A stretch of DNA of 64,000 bases, from contig JBBRSP010000006.1 of assembly GCA_038245295.1 (NCBI GenBank), positions 32,001-96,000 of the forward strand, in the 5' to 3' direction. The translations under genes were made by a program, and so were the position numbers. Source of the DNA: Candidatus Binatia bacterium (GTDB lineage Bacteria > Desulfobacterota > Binatia > HRBIN30). The notes below the pieces were generated by a model, which was given only the letters and a program-made list of their open reading frames with translations, made no database searches and was not told the origin of the DNA. Positions 38,501 to 48,415 of this stretch are shown piece by piece (positions within the stretch are counted from its first letter, which is position 1; the number at the start of each line of letters is the position of its first letter).

Positions 38501-41362
38501 ATGCGTCGTCCTTCTGCCTCAATCGGATTCGCGCTTGTCCTGCTCGCTTGTGTCACCGCGCCTGTGGGCAGAGCAAGTGCCGGAGCCCTCGCCTTCGAGA
38601 GCGGGCAAGTGCGACCGCTGGCGCTTTCCGCCGATAGCCGGCGGCTGTTTGCCGTGAACACACCCGACAATCGCCTCGAAATCTTCGACCTCACGGGCAG
38701 CCTCCCGAGCAAGGTCGCTTCGGTCGCCGTCGGCATCGAACCCGTCGCCGTCGCCGTCAGCGCCTCCGGCGAGGTTTGGGTCGTCAACCACCTTTCCGAC
38801 AGTGTCACCATTGTCGATGTGGCGGCGACGCCACCGCGCGTGACTCGCACGCTATTCGTTGGCGACGAACCACGCGACATCGTCTTCGCCGGCGCCGGCA
38901 GGTCGCGCGCCTTCATCACGGCGGCGCACCGCGGTCAGAACCGCCCAGGTGATCCGCAACTCTCTACCCCGGGCATCGGTCGTGCTGATGTCTGGGTCTT
39001 CGACACCATCAACCTGGGCGCCGCCCTCGGCGGCACAGCGGTCAGCGTCCTCAACTTGTTCGGAGACACGCCGCGCGCCCTGGCCGTGAGCCCCGACGGC
39101 CGCACCGTGTACGCCGCGGTGTTTCATTCCGGCAATCAGACGACATCGTTGTCTGAGGGTTTGGTATGTGATGGCGGCGCCACGGCGCGCCCGTGCAATA
39201 TGTTCGGCACCGCACTACCAGGAGGCCTGCCGGCGCCCAACGCCAATAGTGAAGGGATTCGAGGACCGGAGACTGGCCTGATCGTCCGCTTCAATCCGGC
39301 TACCCAGGCTTGGGAAGATCGCCTGGGACGCAATTGGAACAGCGCGGTGCGCTTCTCGTTACCGGATCGAGACGTCTTTTCCATCGATGCAATGGCCACC
39401 CCGCCGGTCGAGCACGCGTCCTTTCCCCACGTCGGCACGATCTTGTTCAACATGGTGGTCCACCCGACGAACGGCAAAGTCTATGTGAGTAATACGGAAG
39501 CCCGCAACGAGGTACGCTTCGAGGGCAAAGGGATGGTTTCGGGCAGCAGCGTGCGCGGGCACTTGCACGAGGCACGGATCACGGTGATCGACGGCACCAA
39601 CGTTCAGCCGCGTCACCTCAATAAACACATCGACTACTCGGTCGTGCCCAGCCCGGCCGGCACAAAGGAGCGCAGCCTGGCGACACCTCTAGGCATGACG
39701 CTGAGCGGCGATGGCGCAACGCTGTACGTCGCGGCGTTCGGTTCGAGCGCCATCGGGGTACTGTCTACAGCGGAGATAGACGCCGACACCTTTGTCCCCG
39801 ACGCCGCGCAGCAGATTACCGTGAGTGGCGGTGGCCCAACGGGCCTGGTGCTCGACGAACCGCGGCATCGCCTCTACGCGCTGACACGTTTCGACAACGG
39901 CATTGCCGTCCTTGATCTCGACGCACACTCGGAAGTCGCCCACCTGACGATGCACAATCCGGAACCAGCGAGTGTCATCCTCGGACGCCCGTTTCTCTAT
40001 GATGCACGGCTGACGTCGAGTAACGGCGAGGCATCGTGCTCTAGCTGCCACGTCTTCGGCGACGTCGACAGCCTCGCATGGGATCTCGGCGACCCCGACA
40101 GCTTGGTTACCGACAACCACAACCCGGGTGGGTCGGGGACCTTTCATCCGATCAAGGGTCCGATGACGACACAAACACTACGCGGCATCGACACACACGG
40201 ACCAATGCACTGGCGGGGTGATCGGACCGGCGCCAGCATCGGCGGCGACCCGCTCGACGAAGGGTTGGCGTTTGAGCAGTTCAACGTCGCCTTCGAAGGG
40301 TTGCTCGGCCGCGGCGAGCCCCTCACCGACGCACAGATGAAGGCGTTCACCACCTTCATCCTGCAGGTGACTTTGCCGCCGAATCCGATTCGCGCCTTGA
40401 ACAACACGTTGACGGCGGATCAACAGGCCGGGCGAACATTCTTCTTTGGCCCCAACGTTGATACGATCGCCAACTGTAACGGTTGCCATGAGCTCGATCC
40501 GTCGATCGGGCATTTCGGTGCCAGCGGCAAGACAACCTTCGAGGCGGAACCGCAGCTCTTCAAGGTCGCGCACTTGCGAACGCTGTATCAGAAGGTTGGT
40601 ATGTTCGGGATGCCGGCCGTGCCGTTCTTCCGCGACGGCAACAACGGAGACATGGGCGAACAGATCCGTGGCTTCGGCTATCTGCACGATGGCAGTACCG
40701 ATACTGTCGATCGCTTCCTGCACGCCCAGGTGTTCAATTTCCAAGACGAGGACGAGCGCCAGAAGCTGCAGGCTTTCCTCTTCGCGTTCGATACGAATCT
40801 CGCGCCGGTCGTCGGCCAGCAAGTTACGCTCGAGAATACCGCGAATGCTGCGGCTGCCGCCCGCCTTGATCTGCTCGAAGCACGCGCCGCAGCTGGCGAA
40901 TGCGACCTGGCCGCCAAAGCTGTTGTGAGTGGCGGGGCGCGTGGGTGGTATCGAACGGCAGCCGGCACGTTCCAAGCCGACCGCGCCGCTGAACCGCCGG
41001 TGAGCAGCGCCGCATTGCGGGCCGTGGCGTCCACAGCTTCACAGGCGTTGACCTACACATGCGGCCCGCGTGGCACCGGCATTCGACTCGGTGTGGATCG
41101 TGATGCGGATGGGGTTTTCGACCAAGACGAGATCGACGCCGGGACCGACCCTGCCGATGCGCAGAGTACTCCAGTCACCTGTCGCGGTGACTGTGATGGG
41201 GATGGCGCCGTCGACGTCACGGAGATCATTCGTGGCGTGCGTATCGCCGTCGGCAGCACCGCGGCGGATACATGCCCCGGCTTTGGCGTTACCTGCCCCG
41301 AGGTGTGTATCGATCAGCTCATCGCGGCGGTGGGCAACGCGTTGAACGGTTGTGGAATGTAG
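38501..41362 (+). CDS. Secreted YVTN beta-propeller + diheme cytochrome c protein with C-terminal dockerin-like domain
   Basis: Signal peptide, propeller repeats (VGIEPVAV, VWVVNHLSDSV, VGDEPRDI), CSSCH and CNGCH, GYLHDGS, CRGDCDGDGAVDVTEII...IDQLIAAVGNALNGC. Confidence 0.85.
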   Translation: MRRPSASIGFALVLLACVTAPVGRASAGALAFESGQVRPLALSADSRRLFAVNTPDNRLEIFDLTGSLPSKVASVAVGIEPVAVAVSASGEVWVVNHLSDSVTIVDVAATPPRVTRTLFVGDEPRDIVFAGAGRSRAFITAAHRGQNRPGDPQLSTPGIGRADVWVFDTINLGAALGGTAVSVLNLFGDTPRALAVSPDGRTVYAAVFHSGNQTTSLSEGLVCDGGATARPCNMFGTALPGGLPAPNANSEGIRGPETGLIVRFNPATQAWEDRLGRNWNSAVRFSLPDRDVFSIDAMATPPVEHASFPHVGTILFNMVVHPTNGKVYVSNTEARNEVRFEGKGMVSGSSVRGHLHEARITVIDGTNVQPRHLNKHIDYSVVPSPAGTKERSLATPLGMTLSGDGATLYVAAFGSSAIGVLSTAEIDADTFVPDAAQQITVSGGGPTGLVLDEPRHRLYALTRFDNGIAVLDLDAHSEVAHLTMHNPEPASVILGRPFLYDARLTSSNGEASCSSCHVFGDVDSLAWDLGDPDSLVTDNHNPGGSGTFHPIKGPMTTQTLRGIDTHGPMHWRGDRTGASIGGDPLDEGLAFEQFNVAFEGLLGRGEPLTDAQMKAFTTFILQVTLPPNPIRALNNTLTADQQAGRTFFFGPNVDTIANCNGCHELDPSIGHFGASGKTTFEAEPQLFKVAHLRTLYQKVGMFGMPAVPFFRDGNNGDMGEQIRGFGYLHDGSTDTVDRFLHAQVFNFQDEDERQKLQAFLFAFDTNLAPVVGQQVTLENTANAAAAARLDLLEARAAAGECDLAAKAVVSGGARGWYRTAAGTFQADRAAEPPVSSAALRAVASTASQALTYTCGPRGTGIRLGVDRDADGVFDQDEIDAGTDPADAQSTPVTCRGDCDGDGAVDVTEIIRGVRIAVGSTAADTCPGFGVTCPEVCIDQLIAAVGNALNGCGM

Positions 41363-41383
41363 CCAGCCGAGGTGGGCGGGCGA

Positions 41384-41647
41384 TCAAGCGCTCGCGGGGC
41401 GCCTCTTCTTGGCGCGACGTCGCACGCTGCGATCGTAATTGAGATACAGTGCTTCGACTTTCTTACGCGCCCATGGCGTCTTGCGAAGAAAGGTCAAGCT
41501 CGACTTGATGCTCGGGTTGCTTGTGAAACACTTGATGGTGATGAGGCGTCCCATCTCCTCCCAACCGACATTCTCAACCAGGGTCGAGAGAATCGTTTCA
41601 AGGGTAAGTCCATGCAGAGGATTATTCGGTTGTTCTTCCGTCATCAC
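41384..41647 (-). CDS. VF530/DUF2132 family DNA-binding protein
   Basis: [36 protein letters not shown]. Confidence 0.9.
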   Translation of the reverse strand: MMTEEQPNNPLHGLTLETILSTLVENVGWEEMGRLITIKCFTSNPSIKSSLTFLRKTPWARKKVEALYLNYDRSVRRRAKKRRPASA

Positions 41648-41685
41648 GTGGCCTAGCGGTGCCGCTGCCGCACTGTCTTGCCAGG

Positions 41686-42339
41686 TTAGCTCTTCAGAAA
41701 AGCCCGGTTGCCGTAACGATCAAGAGAGACAACCTCTTCCACCGGACGCCGAGTGGTCGGACCATACTTGCCCTTCGGCCATCCCATCGGAATCACGGCA
41801 CACGGCGTAATGTTCCACGGCAGGCCGAGGGCGCGACGCGCCAGGAACAGACTCCACAACGGCAGTGTGATCAGCGCTGCCCCAAGGCCGGCCGCGCGCG
41901 CGGCGAGCAGAAGATTCTGCACAGACGGAAAGATCGAGCCGTAGGCACTCGAGGCCGCCAGGGCCGGGAATGGCGGGATGATCGATTTGAGACATGCCAC
42001 GACAATGACCGGAATCTCTTCGAAGTGGTCAGCCTGCCATTGCACCGCGTTTAGAATCTTCAGCATACGTTCGTCACCCGACGCCAGACGGCGCCCGATC
42101 CCGCCGTACAGATTCCAGGCGCGCCGGTTCAAACGTGCCAGTTTTGCTTTGACGGCCGGGTCTTTGATGACGAGAAACTCCCAATTCTGGGCGTTGGAGC
42201 CGGTAGGCGCCTTCAGTGCCAACTCGATCAGTTGCAGGATGAGAGCATCATCGACGGGATCGGCTTTCAAACGACGGATGGCGCGCTGCGTGCGCATCGC
42301 CTCGTCGAGAGGCATGTTCAGCGGAATCTGTGAACTCAT
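41686..42339 (-). CDS. Nitroreductase family protein
   Basis: [38 protein letters not shown]. Confidence 0.92.
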   Translation of the reverse strand: MSSQIPLNMPLDEAMRTQRAIRRLKADPVDDALILQLIELALKAPTGSNAQNWEFLVIKDPAVKAKLARLNRRAWNLYGGIGRRLASGDERMLKILNAVQWQADHFEEIPVIVVACLKSIIPPFPALAASSAYGSIFPSVQNLLLAARAAGLGAALITLPLWSLFLARRALGLPWNITPCAVIPMGWPKGKYGPTTRRPVEEVVSLDRYGNRAFLKS

Positions 42340-42373
42340 GGCGGGCGATACGAGCACGCTCCGCCCCGCTACG

Positions 42374-43354
42374 TCAAACGGCCCAGATCCCGAGATGCTT
42401 CCAGAGTTTGATCGTCATCGGTGTCAGCAGCCCAAGCTCGCCGCATAGATCGCGAACTTTGCTCACAGCGATGGCATTCTCGGCGCGATGCCTCGGGTTT
42501 TCCGCGTACGCCTCGCGGATCACTTGTTTCGGGATACCGTAGGTACGGATGACATCAGCCGAAGGCCGCATCATCAGTGGTGTCATGTTGCTGAGCACTA
42601 GAGGCGTGCGAATCGACAGCATCAAACGACGTGCGGCACTCAGCTGAGGAACCTGGCGCTTGAGGAAGTGGCGGGCGAAGCACAGGTGTCGGGCCTCTTC
42701 GGTAACGTGAATCTGCATGATGCGCTTCAGTATGGGCGGCACTTCTCGCCCGCTCCGTAGAGCCAGCCGTTGGCGATAATCGATCGGGTCTTCGCCACCC
42801 AGCACGAACATGAAGAACAGCTCAGGGAAGGTGCGGGCGAAGCGCTCGACGACGCGACCGCCCATACGCATGTGCGCCGGCAGACCGGGCACATCAAAGC
42901 CGCTGCGATTGACGAACTCCTGGAACATCAGGGAGTGCTGCGCCTCCTCGATCACCTCGTGGTAGACGTAGCGAAACTCAGGCGAGTTATTGGGGAGGCG
43001 TGTCGCGAAATCCAATAGCCCCCGCTTGAGGATGCATTCGAACTGCGCACCGATCTTCATGAACGAGGTCGTCATGTGCAGCCCGATCCGAGAGCGCACG
43101 CCGGCTGGCTGCGCGTGATACCACGTCGTGATGCCGATGGGATCGATGTCGCCGGCTTCCCAGCGCGAATCATCCGGATCGATGCGATAGTCGGCGTCAT
43201 CCCAGGGAACATCGCCATACGCGTCGAAGTGTTTGACGACGGACTGATGGCTGAGCCGCCGCAACAGGGCCGTATAGGTTTCCTTCGAGCGCAGCGGCGC
43301 GCGTTCTTCTTCGGGAACCAGGTAGGAATCGTTGAGTGTCGCGGCAGAGTTCAC
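42374..43354 (-). CDS. AurF-family diiron oxygenase
   Basis: EEAQH and EEARH iron motifs, LGGEDPID, LRRLSHQSV. Confidence 0.88.
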   Translation of the reverse strand: MNSAATLNDSYLVPEEERAPLRSKETYTALLRRLSHQSVVKHFDAYGDVPWDDADYRIDPDDSRWEAGDIDPIGITTWYHAQPAGVRSRIGLHMTTSFMKIGAQFECILKRGLLDFATRLPNNSPEFRYVYHEVIEEAQHSLMFQEFVNRSGFDVPGLPAHMRMGGRVVERFARTFPELFFMFVLGGEDPIDYRQRLALRSGREVPPILKRIMQIHVTEEARHLCFARHFLKRQVPQLSAARRLMLSIRTPLVLSNMTPLMMRPSADVIRTYGIPKQVIREAYAENPRHRAENAIAVSKVRDLCGELGLLTPMTIKLWKHLGIWAV

Positions 43355-43372
43355 AGAGCAACCTCCTGAGGT

Positions 43373-43972
43373 TTACGATGGGACGGCGAGGCCACTGATC
43401 ATCTTGAGGACGTCGAGCACCTGTTGGCTGCGCTTGTCGTCGCGCAGCACATCGGCTTCGAGCGCCAGGCCTTGCAACAAAGCAAAGGTGAAATGCGGAG
43501 CAACGTCGAAGAGTGGCCCGGCCAACGCCGGTCGCGGGAACAATTCGAGAAAGGTGGTTTGGATCGTCTCGCTGAAGCGCTCGCCGAGACGCGCCACCAC
43601 CGGCCGCAACTCATCGTCGGTTCGTGCCGCCACCATGACTTCGAGCCATGCAAAGAAGGCGGGGCCGGAGACGACGGACCACAACATGTCGATCGCCGCA
43701 GCGGCACGGTTGGTTCCCGCCGGTAGAGACGCAAACTTGGCGCGAAACTCATCGCGTCGCCGCGTCAACAAATGGTCGACGGCGGTGATCACCAACTCCG
43801 CCTTGGTTGGGAAATGGTGCAGTTGCGCCCCGCGCGAGAGACCCGCTCGATTGGCGACTTCTGTCGTCGTGGTCTTGGCGAAGCCCAGCTCGTAGAGACA
43901 GTCGATGGTGGCGTCGAGCAATCGAGCTCTGGTGGAAGCGGTACGTTCTTCCTGGGTGCGACGAGTCGGCAT
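43373..43972 (-). CDS. TetR-family regulator
   Basis: RRTQEER, LLDATIDCL, AGLSRGAQLHHFPTKAEL. Confidence 0.95.
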   Translation of the reverse strand: MPTRRTQEERTASTRARLLDATIDCLYELGFAKTTTTEVANRAGLSRGAQLHHFPTKAELVITAVDHLLTRRRDEFRAKFASLPAGTNRAAAAIDMLWSVVSGPAFFAWLEVMVAARTDDELRPVVARLGERFSETIQTTFLELFPRPALAGPLFDVAPHFTFALLQGLALEADVLRDDKRSQQVLDVLKMISGLAVPS

Positions 43973-44003
43973 AGTGACTCGTGTGCTACGCCAGCAGATA
44001 GAT

Positions 44004-44100
44004 GCAAGCAATCCTGCATGTATCCCTTGCGGCGGACCCAACTCGGAAGTCATTGGCCGGCCTTTTACTCAGCCACGAACAAACAATCAAGCCTGAATGT
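44004..44100. promoter_or_regulatory. Two related imperfect palindromes, candidate TetR operators
   Basis: GCAAGCAATCCTGCATGT (44004-44021) and ACAATCAAGCCTGAATGT (44083-44100), 14/18 identical, upstream of tetR. Confidence 0.6.
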
Positions 44101-44151
44101 AACTTTCTCAGGGAATCCCCCCCCCCGGTCCGGCACACTCTCTGCAATCCT

Positions 44152-44970
44152 TTATATATGAAGGACCTGCGGCAACTGGTCTGGCTCGAAACGCAAACTG
44201 ATGTAGAACGATCCAAACATCCCGTAGCGGGCACTCGCCTCGTCGTAACGCAACTCGTAGACGATATCGCGAATGGCCTTCGGGTCCTTGGAGAACAGGG
44301 TCACCCCCCACTCCCAATCGTCGATGCCGGTACAGGTCGTGATCAACTGGGTTACCCGGTCGGCGAACCGTCGCCCAGAATTGCCATGCTGCAACATTAA
44401 CTTCTTGCGCGTGTCGAAGTCGAGACGATACCAGTTATCGATGTCGCGCCGCGATTTGGCCATCGGATAGAAACACACCATCGGATAACTGGCGTCGGGC
44501 AACTGCGGATGCAGGCGTGCACCGGAATACATCGCCGTCCGCTTGCGTAGCTGACCGATACGTTGGCTGAACTCCGGCGACGCGGGATCGAGTTTCTGCT
44601 CCTCGATCAGCGAGCGCGACCAGTCTAGCTCGTTCGTGATGTACTCACTTGCCTCGCTGAGGGAGAGGAATTCGTACACCTGCTGCAGACAGCTCCCGAA
44701 CGCCGTTGCCGCAACCTCCTGCGTCAACTGTTGGATGCGCCACAGATCGGCGTGTACAGCGATGAGTCCGAAGTCGGACTTGGTCACGCCGGCCAACAAC
44801 ATCAGCTGCAAGCCTTCCTCAGCACACACCTTCCGCAACCAGGTGGTGAACTCTTCGACCGCCGCCGGGCGATCGGCGAGCAGGCGCCAGCGTGACCGAT
44901 CAATTCGATAGTAGAGGTGCAACACAGCCCAGCCTGCAGACGGCATCAATCCGCTTGGTCGTTCACTCAT
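44152..44970 (-). CDS. hemQ: Coproheme decarboxylase (ChdC/HemQ, chlorite dismutase family)
   Basis: LSLSEASEY, CFYPMAKSR, NWYRL, LMLQHGNSGR, GIDDWEWGVTLF; start re-picked at MSERPS. Confidence 0.82.
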   Translation of the reverse strand: MSERPSGLMPSAGWAVLHLYYRIDRSRWRLLADRPAAVEEFTTWLRKVCAEEGLQLMLLAGVTKSDFGLIAVHADLWRIQQLTQEVAATAFGSCLQQVYEFLSLSEASEYITNELDWSRSLIEEQKLDPASPEFSQRIGQLRKRTAMYSGARLHPQLPDASYPMVCFYPMAKSRRDIDNWYRLDFDTRKKLMLQHGNSGRRFADRVTQLITTCTGIDDWEWGVTLFSKDPKAIRDIVYELRYDEASARYGMFGSFYISLRFEPDQLPQVLHI

Positions 44971-45072
44971 CGCGTTTCTCCTTGTCTCAGCAACGTGAGT
45001 AGTCCACGCCTGCTCCCTCGGCAACCGCCGCCCGTGGTTGCACCATCGCGACTGCAGCGATAGCCAAGCGGC

Positions 45073-46350
45073 GTGTCGCAACGAGTCCACATCGATAATC
45101 TCAGTTACGGGCCACACGGCGTCGGGCGTCTCGACGGCAAGGTTGTCTTCGTCCGGGGTGTCATACCGGGCGAGGACGTCGACGTCGTCGTACGCGAGGA
45201 CCGTGGCTCCTTCGCCTTCGCGGACGCCGAACGCATCGTCGAAGCGAGCGCCGAGCGCCGACAACCACCGTGCCGGTTTCTGCCGCTCTGCGGCGGCTGC
45301 CCGTGGCAACACATCCAGTACGACACGCAGCTGCGCGCCAAAGAGAACAATCTGCGCGATCATCTGACGCGGCATGCCGGGATTGCCGAACCGCCGATGC
45401 GCCCCAGCATCCGCGCCACCGAGGAGTTTGGCTACCGTCACCGCCTCACCCTGCGCACGGAAGACGGCAACGTCGGTTTCATTGCCGGCGGCAGCCACGC
45501 CCTGGTGCCGGTCGATCACTGCCTCCTCGCCACACCGGAGATCGATGCCGCCATTCCGGCGGCGCGTAGCCTGCTCGGCAGTGTCGCCAGCCTCATGCAT
45601 CGCATTGAAATCGTGTCGCGCGGCGGTGCCGAGGGAATCGTGCTTGTCGGCGAGGTCGAAGGCAAGCTCGTGCCCAACGACGGCGACCGCGTGCGCCAAT
45701 GGCTGGCGCTCGAAGGCGCTCCTTTTGATGTCCGTGGCGTCGTCTTGCACGGCCGCGCCTGGCGCCGCGTCTGGGGCGACGAGAGCATCGTCATTCGCCC
45801 CGTCGCCGATCTGCCGCTCGTCGCCCGGGCCGGGGCGTTCACGCAAGTCACCCACAGCGGCAACATGGCGCTGGTCAATTCCGTGCTCGAGTTGGGAGCC
45901 TTCACTCAGGAAGATATCGTTCTCGACCTCTACTCCGGCATTGGTAACCTGACGCTGCCGATCGCCCGTCGCGTCAAAGAAATCACCGCCGTCGAGCAAT
46001 CGCGCTTGTCCGCCGAAGATGGCCGCCGCAACGCCCAGGCCCTCGGCTTGTCGCACGTCGAGATCGTTGCCGCCTCGGCGCGCGATGCCATGCGACGTTT
46101 TGCCTCCGAGCAGCGCCACTTCGATGTCGCCGTCCTCGATCCGCCGCGCAGCGGCGCCGCTGAAATCCTCGACACACTCATCGCCCTCGCCGTCCCACGT
46201 CTCGTTTATGTTTCGTGCAACCCGGCAACGTTGGCGCGCGACCTGAAACGGCTCAAGCAGCACTACCGCATCGACGCCGTGCAGCCCGTGGATCTGTTTC
46301 CGCAAACCTACCACCTCGAGGCAATCGTACACGCGACCCTGGTGTATTGA
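45073..46350 (+). CDS. rlmD: RNA (uracil-5)-methyltransferase RlmD/TrmA family with TRAM domain
   Basis: C...CGGCPWQH Fe-S motif, LDLYSGIGN, LDPPRSG, YVSCNPATLARD, DLFPQTYHLE. Confidence 0.9.
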   Translation: MSQRVHIDNLSYGPHGVGRLDGKVVFVRGVIPGEDVDVVVREDRGSFAFADAERIVEASAERRQPPCRFLPLCGGCPWQHIQYDTQLRAKENNLRDHLTRHAGIAEPPMRPSIRATEEFGYRHRLTLRTEDGNVGFIAGGSHALVPVDHCLLATPEIDAAIPAARSLLGSVASLMHRIEIVSRGGAEGIVLVGEVEGKLVPNDGDRVRQWLALEGAPFDVRGVVLHGRAWRRVWGDESIVIRPVADLPLVARAGAFTQVTHSGNMALVNSVLELGAFTQEDIVLDLYSGIGNLTLPIARRVKEITAVEQSRLSAEDGRRNAQALGLSHVEIVAASARDAMRRFASEQRHFDVAVLDPPRSGAAEILDTLIALAVPRLVYVSCNPATLARDLKRLKQHYRIDAVQPVDLFPQTYHLEAIVHATLVY

Positions 46351-46420
46351 CTTGGCAAAACCACGCCCCTATGTCCGAACAAGAAGGTCGTGCTCGTCCC
46401 GCATAAAGGTGGTCCGCCCT

Positions 46421-46666
46421 ATGTCGTCGCAACCGAAGTCGGTGAAGCCAAAAATCACCATCATTCCCGGCAAGGGTGTTTCCCAGACGATCAACTTCCT
46501 CATCGAAGATCGCGACCAGCTCGATTGGCTCGTCGCGGTAGGCCGCAACAAGAACGGCGAGATCTTCTTTTACGACACCGGTGGCGACATCGTCGAAGAT
46601 CTGGGCACTCTGGAATATCTCAAAGAGCGCATTAGTCGCGCCCACTTCGGCGAAGATCCGGAGTAA
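46421..46666 (+). CDS. Small hypothetical protein (81 aa)
   Basis: MSSQPKSVKPKITIIPGK...; AAAGGTGG RBS; protein-like composition; fills the gap between rlmD and ggt. Confidence 0.7.
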   Translation: MSSQPKSVKPKITIIPGKGVSQTINFLIEDRDQLDWLVAVGRNKNGEIFFYDTGGDIVEDLGTLEYLKERISRAHFGEDPE

Positions 46667-46698
46667 ACCCTCCGGTTCTGCATCCACTCGGCGTCGAA

Positions 46699-48414
46699 AT
46701 GCTTTCGTTCCCTCGCCTCGTCGGCGGCCAGTTTGCTGTCTCGGGTCTGCGCCTCGTTCTCGCAATCGCCCTGGCGATCGCGAGCCGTAACGCCTCAGCC
46801 GATTGGGGCCGACACGGTATGGTTGCCGCCGACCACCGTCTGGCCTCGCAAGCAGGTGTCGAGATGCTCAAACGCGGCGGCAATGCGGTCGACGCTGCCG
46901 TCGCCACGGCGTTTGCCGTCTGTGTGGTGAACCCGGCCTCCTGCGGCATCGGCGGCGGCGGCTTCATGGTCATCCATCTGGCCAAGCCACGACGCACGAT
47001 CACACTCGACTATCGCGAAGTGGCCCCAGCCGCGGCATCACGCGACATGTTTCTACGGCAAGGCAAGGCAGTACCCGACTTGAGCCGGATCGGTGGATTG
47101 GCGTCGGGGGTTCCCGGTGAAGTGGCAGGCCTGAGCCTCGCGTTAAAACGCTTCGGAACCTTGTCCCTCTCCACCGTGCTGCAACCCGCTATTCGCCTCG
47201 CACGCGATGGTTTCGCCGCCGAGGATCATCTCGTCAAAGAGATCCAGGAGAATCACGACGCCCTGGCGCGTGATGCCGTAATGTCACGCAACTTCCTGAG
47301 ACCTGACGGCACACCATTGGCAACTGGTGATTTGGTGAAACAGCCTGAGCTGGCTCGGACGCTGCAAGGGATCGCCCGTTCCGGCCCTGCCGCCTTCTAT
47401 CGCGGCGACGTCGCGCGGCAAATTGCCGCGGCGGTGCGACGAGCCGGCGGTGTACTGACGACACAGGACCTGGCGCGCTACCGCCCGACCTGGCGGCCAC
47501 CGGTGAGTACACGCTTCGCCGGTTACGACGTTTACTCAATGCCCCCGCCAAGCTCCGGCGGCGGCGTGCTCATCGAAGTGCTCGGCATGCTCGGGCATGA
47601 CGATTTGCCTGCCCTAGGACAGAACTCGCCAACCGCCTCACATTTGCTTGCCGAAGCGATGAAACACGCATTCGCCGACCGCGCCGTCTTCTACGGCGAC
47701 CCACAATTCGTCAATGTGCCGCTGCGGCGCTTGCTATCGCGCGCCAATCTTCAGAGCTTGCGACGCCGCATCAGCGCGGTGCGAACATTCCCGCAAGCGG
47801 ACTACGGAAGTGAACACCGCGCGGCGCAGTTACTGAACGACCACGGTACCTCACACCTGTCGGTCATGGACTCGCAGGGCAATGCCGTCGCCTGCACAAC
47901 TACGATCAACACGGCCTTCGGTGCTTTGTACAGCGCCGGTGACACGGGCATCATCATGAACAATCAAATGGACGACTTCTCGGCGCAACCTGGCGTCCCG
48001 AACGTCTTCGGGCTCATCGGCAACGATGCGAACGCCGTGGCGCCAGGCAAGCGACCGCTCAGCAGCATGACGCCGACGATCGTTCTGCATCGTGGCCGCC
48101 CCGTTCTCGCCGTCGGCGGTTCTGGCGGTCCGCTGATCATCAGCGGCACGCTGCAAGTCGTGCTCGACACTCTGGTCTACGGCATGGGCGCCGAAGAGGC
48201 GGTCAACGCGGCGCGTATCCATCACCAATGGGCTCCGCCGGTGTTGCTCGTCGAACCGGGCATCAGTCAGCCGACCAGAGAGTGGCTTGCGCGTAACGGC
48301 CACACTGTGAAAGAAGTCCGCGCCATGGCGGCGATCCAGGCAGTACGTTTTGACGGTGGACTCTTCGAAGGCGCCTCGGATCCTCGCAAGGGTGGCGTCG
48401 CCGTCGGTTGGTAA
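46699..48414 (+). CDS. ggt: Gamma-glutamyltransferase
   Basis: GGNAVDAAVA, GIGGGGF, DYREVAP, PPPSSGG, TSHLSV (catalytic Thr), PGKRPLSSMTP, ASDPRKGG. Confidence 0.96.
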   Translation: MLSFPRLVGGQFAVSGLRLVLAIALAIASRNASADWGRHGMVAADHRLASQAGVEMLKRGGNAVDAAVATAFAVCVVNPASCGIGGGGFMVIHLAKPRRTITLDYREVAPAAASRDMFLRQGKAVPDLSRIGGLASGVPGEVAGLSLALKRFGTLSLSTVLQPAIRLARDGFAAEDHLVKEIQENHDALARDAVMSRNFLRPDGTPLATGDLVKQPELARTLQGIARSGPAAFYRGDVARQIAAAVRRAGGVLTTQDLARYRPTWRPPVSTRFAGYDVYSMPPPSSGGGVLIEVLGMLGHDDLPALGQNSPTASHLLAEAMKHAFADRAVFYGDPQFVNVPLRRLLSRANLQSLRRRISAVRTFPQADYGSEHRAAQLLNDHGTSHLSVMDSQGNAVACTTTINTAFGALYSAGDTGIIMNNQMDDFSAQPGVPNVFGLIGNDANAVAPGKRPLSSMTPTIVLHRGRPVLAVGGSGGPLIISGTLQVVLDTLVYGMGAEEAVNAARIHHQWAPPVLLVEPGISQPTREWLARNGHTVKEVRAMAAIQAVRFDGGLFEGASDPRKGGVAVGW

Positions 48415-48415
48415 C

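Noticed and set aside
44971..46332. 726-aa ORF appearing to fuse a long N-terminus to HemQ
   Set aside because: The extension is the antisense frame of rlmD; HemQ has its own AGGAG RBS and ATG at 44970
46371..46406. 11-codon uORF with a short repeat (CGCCC(C)TATGTC) before the 81-aa gene
   Set aside because: No RBS or associated structure; too short to separate from chance
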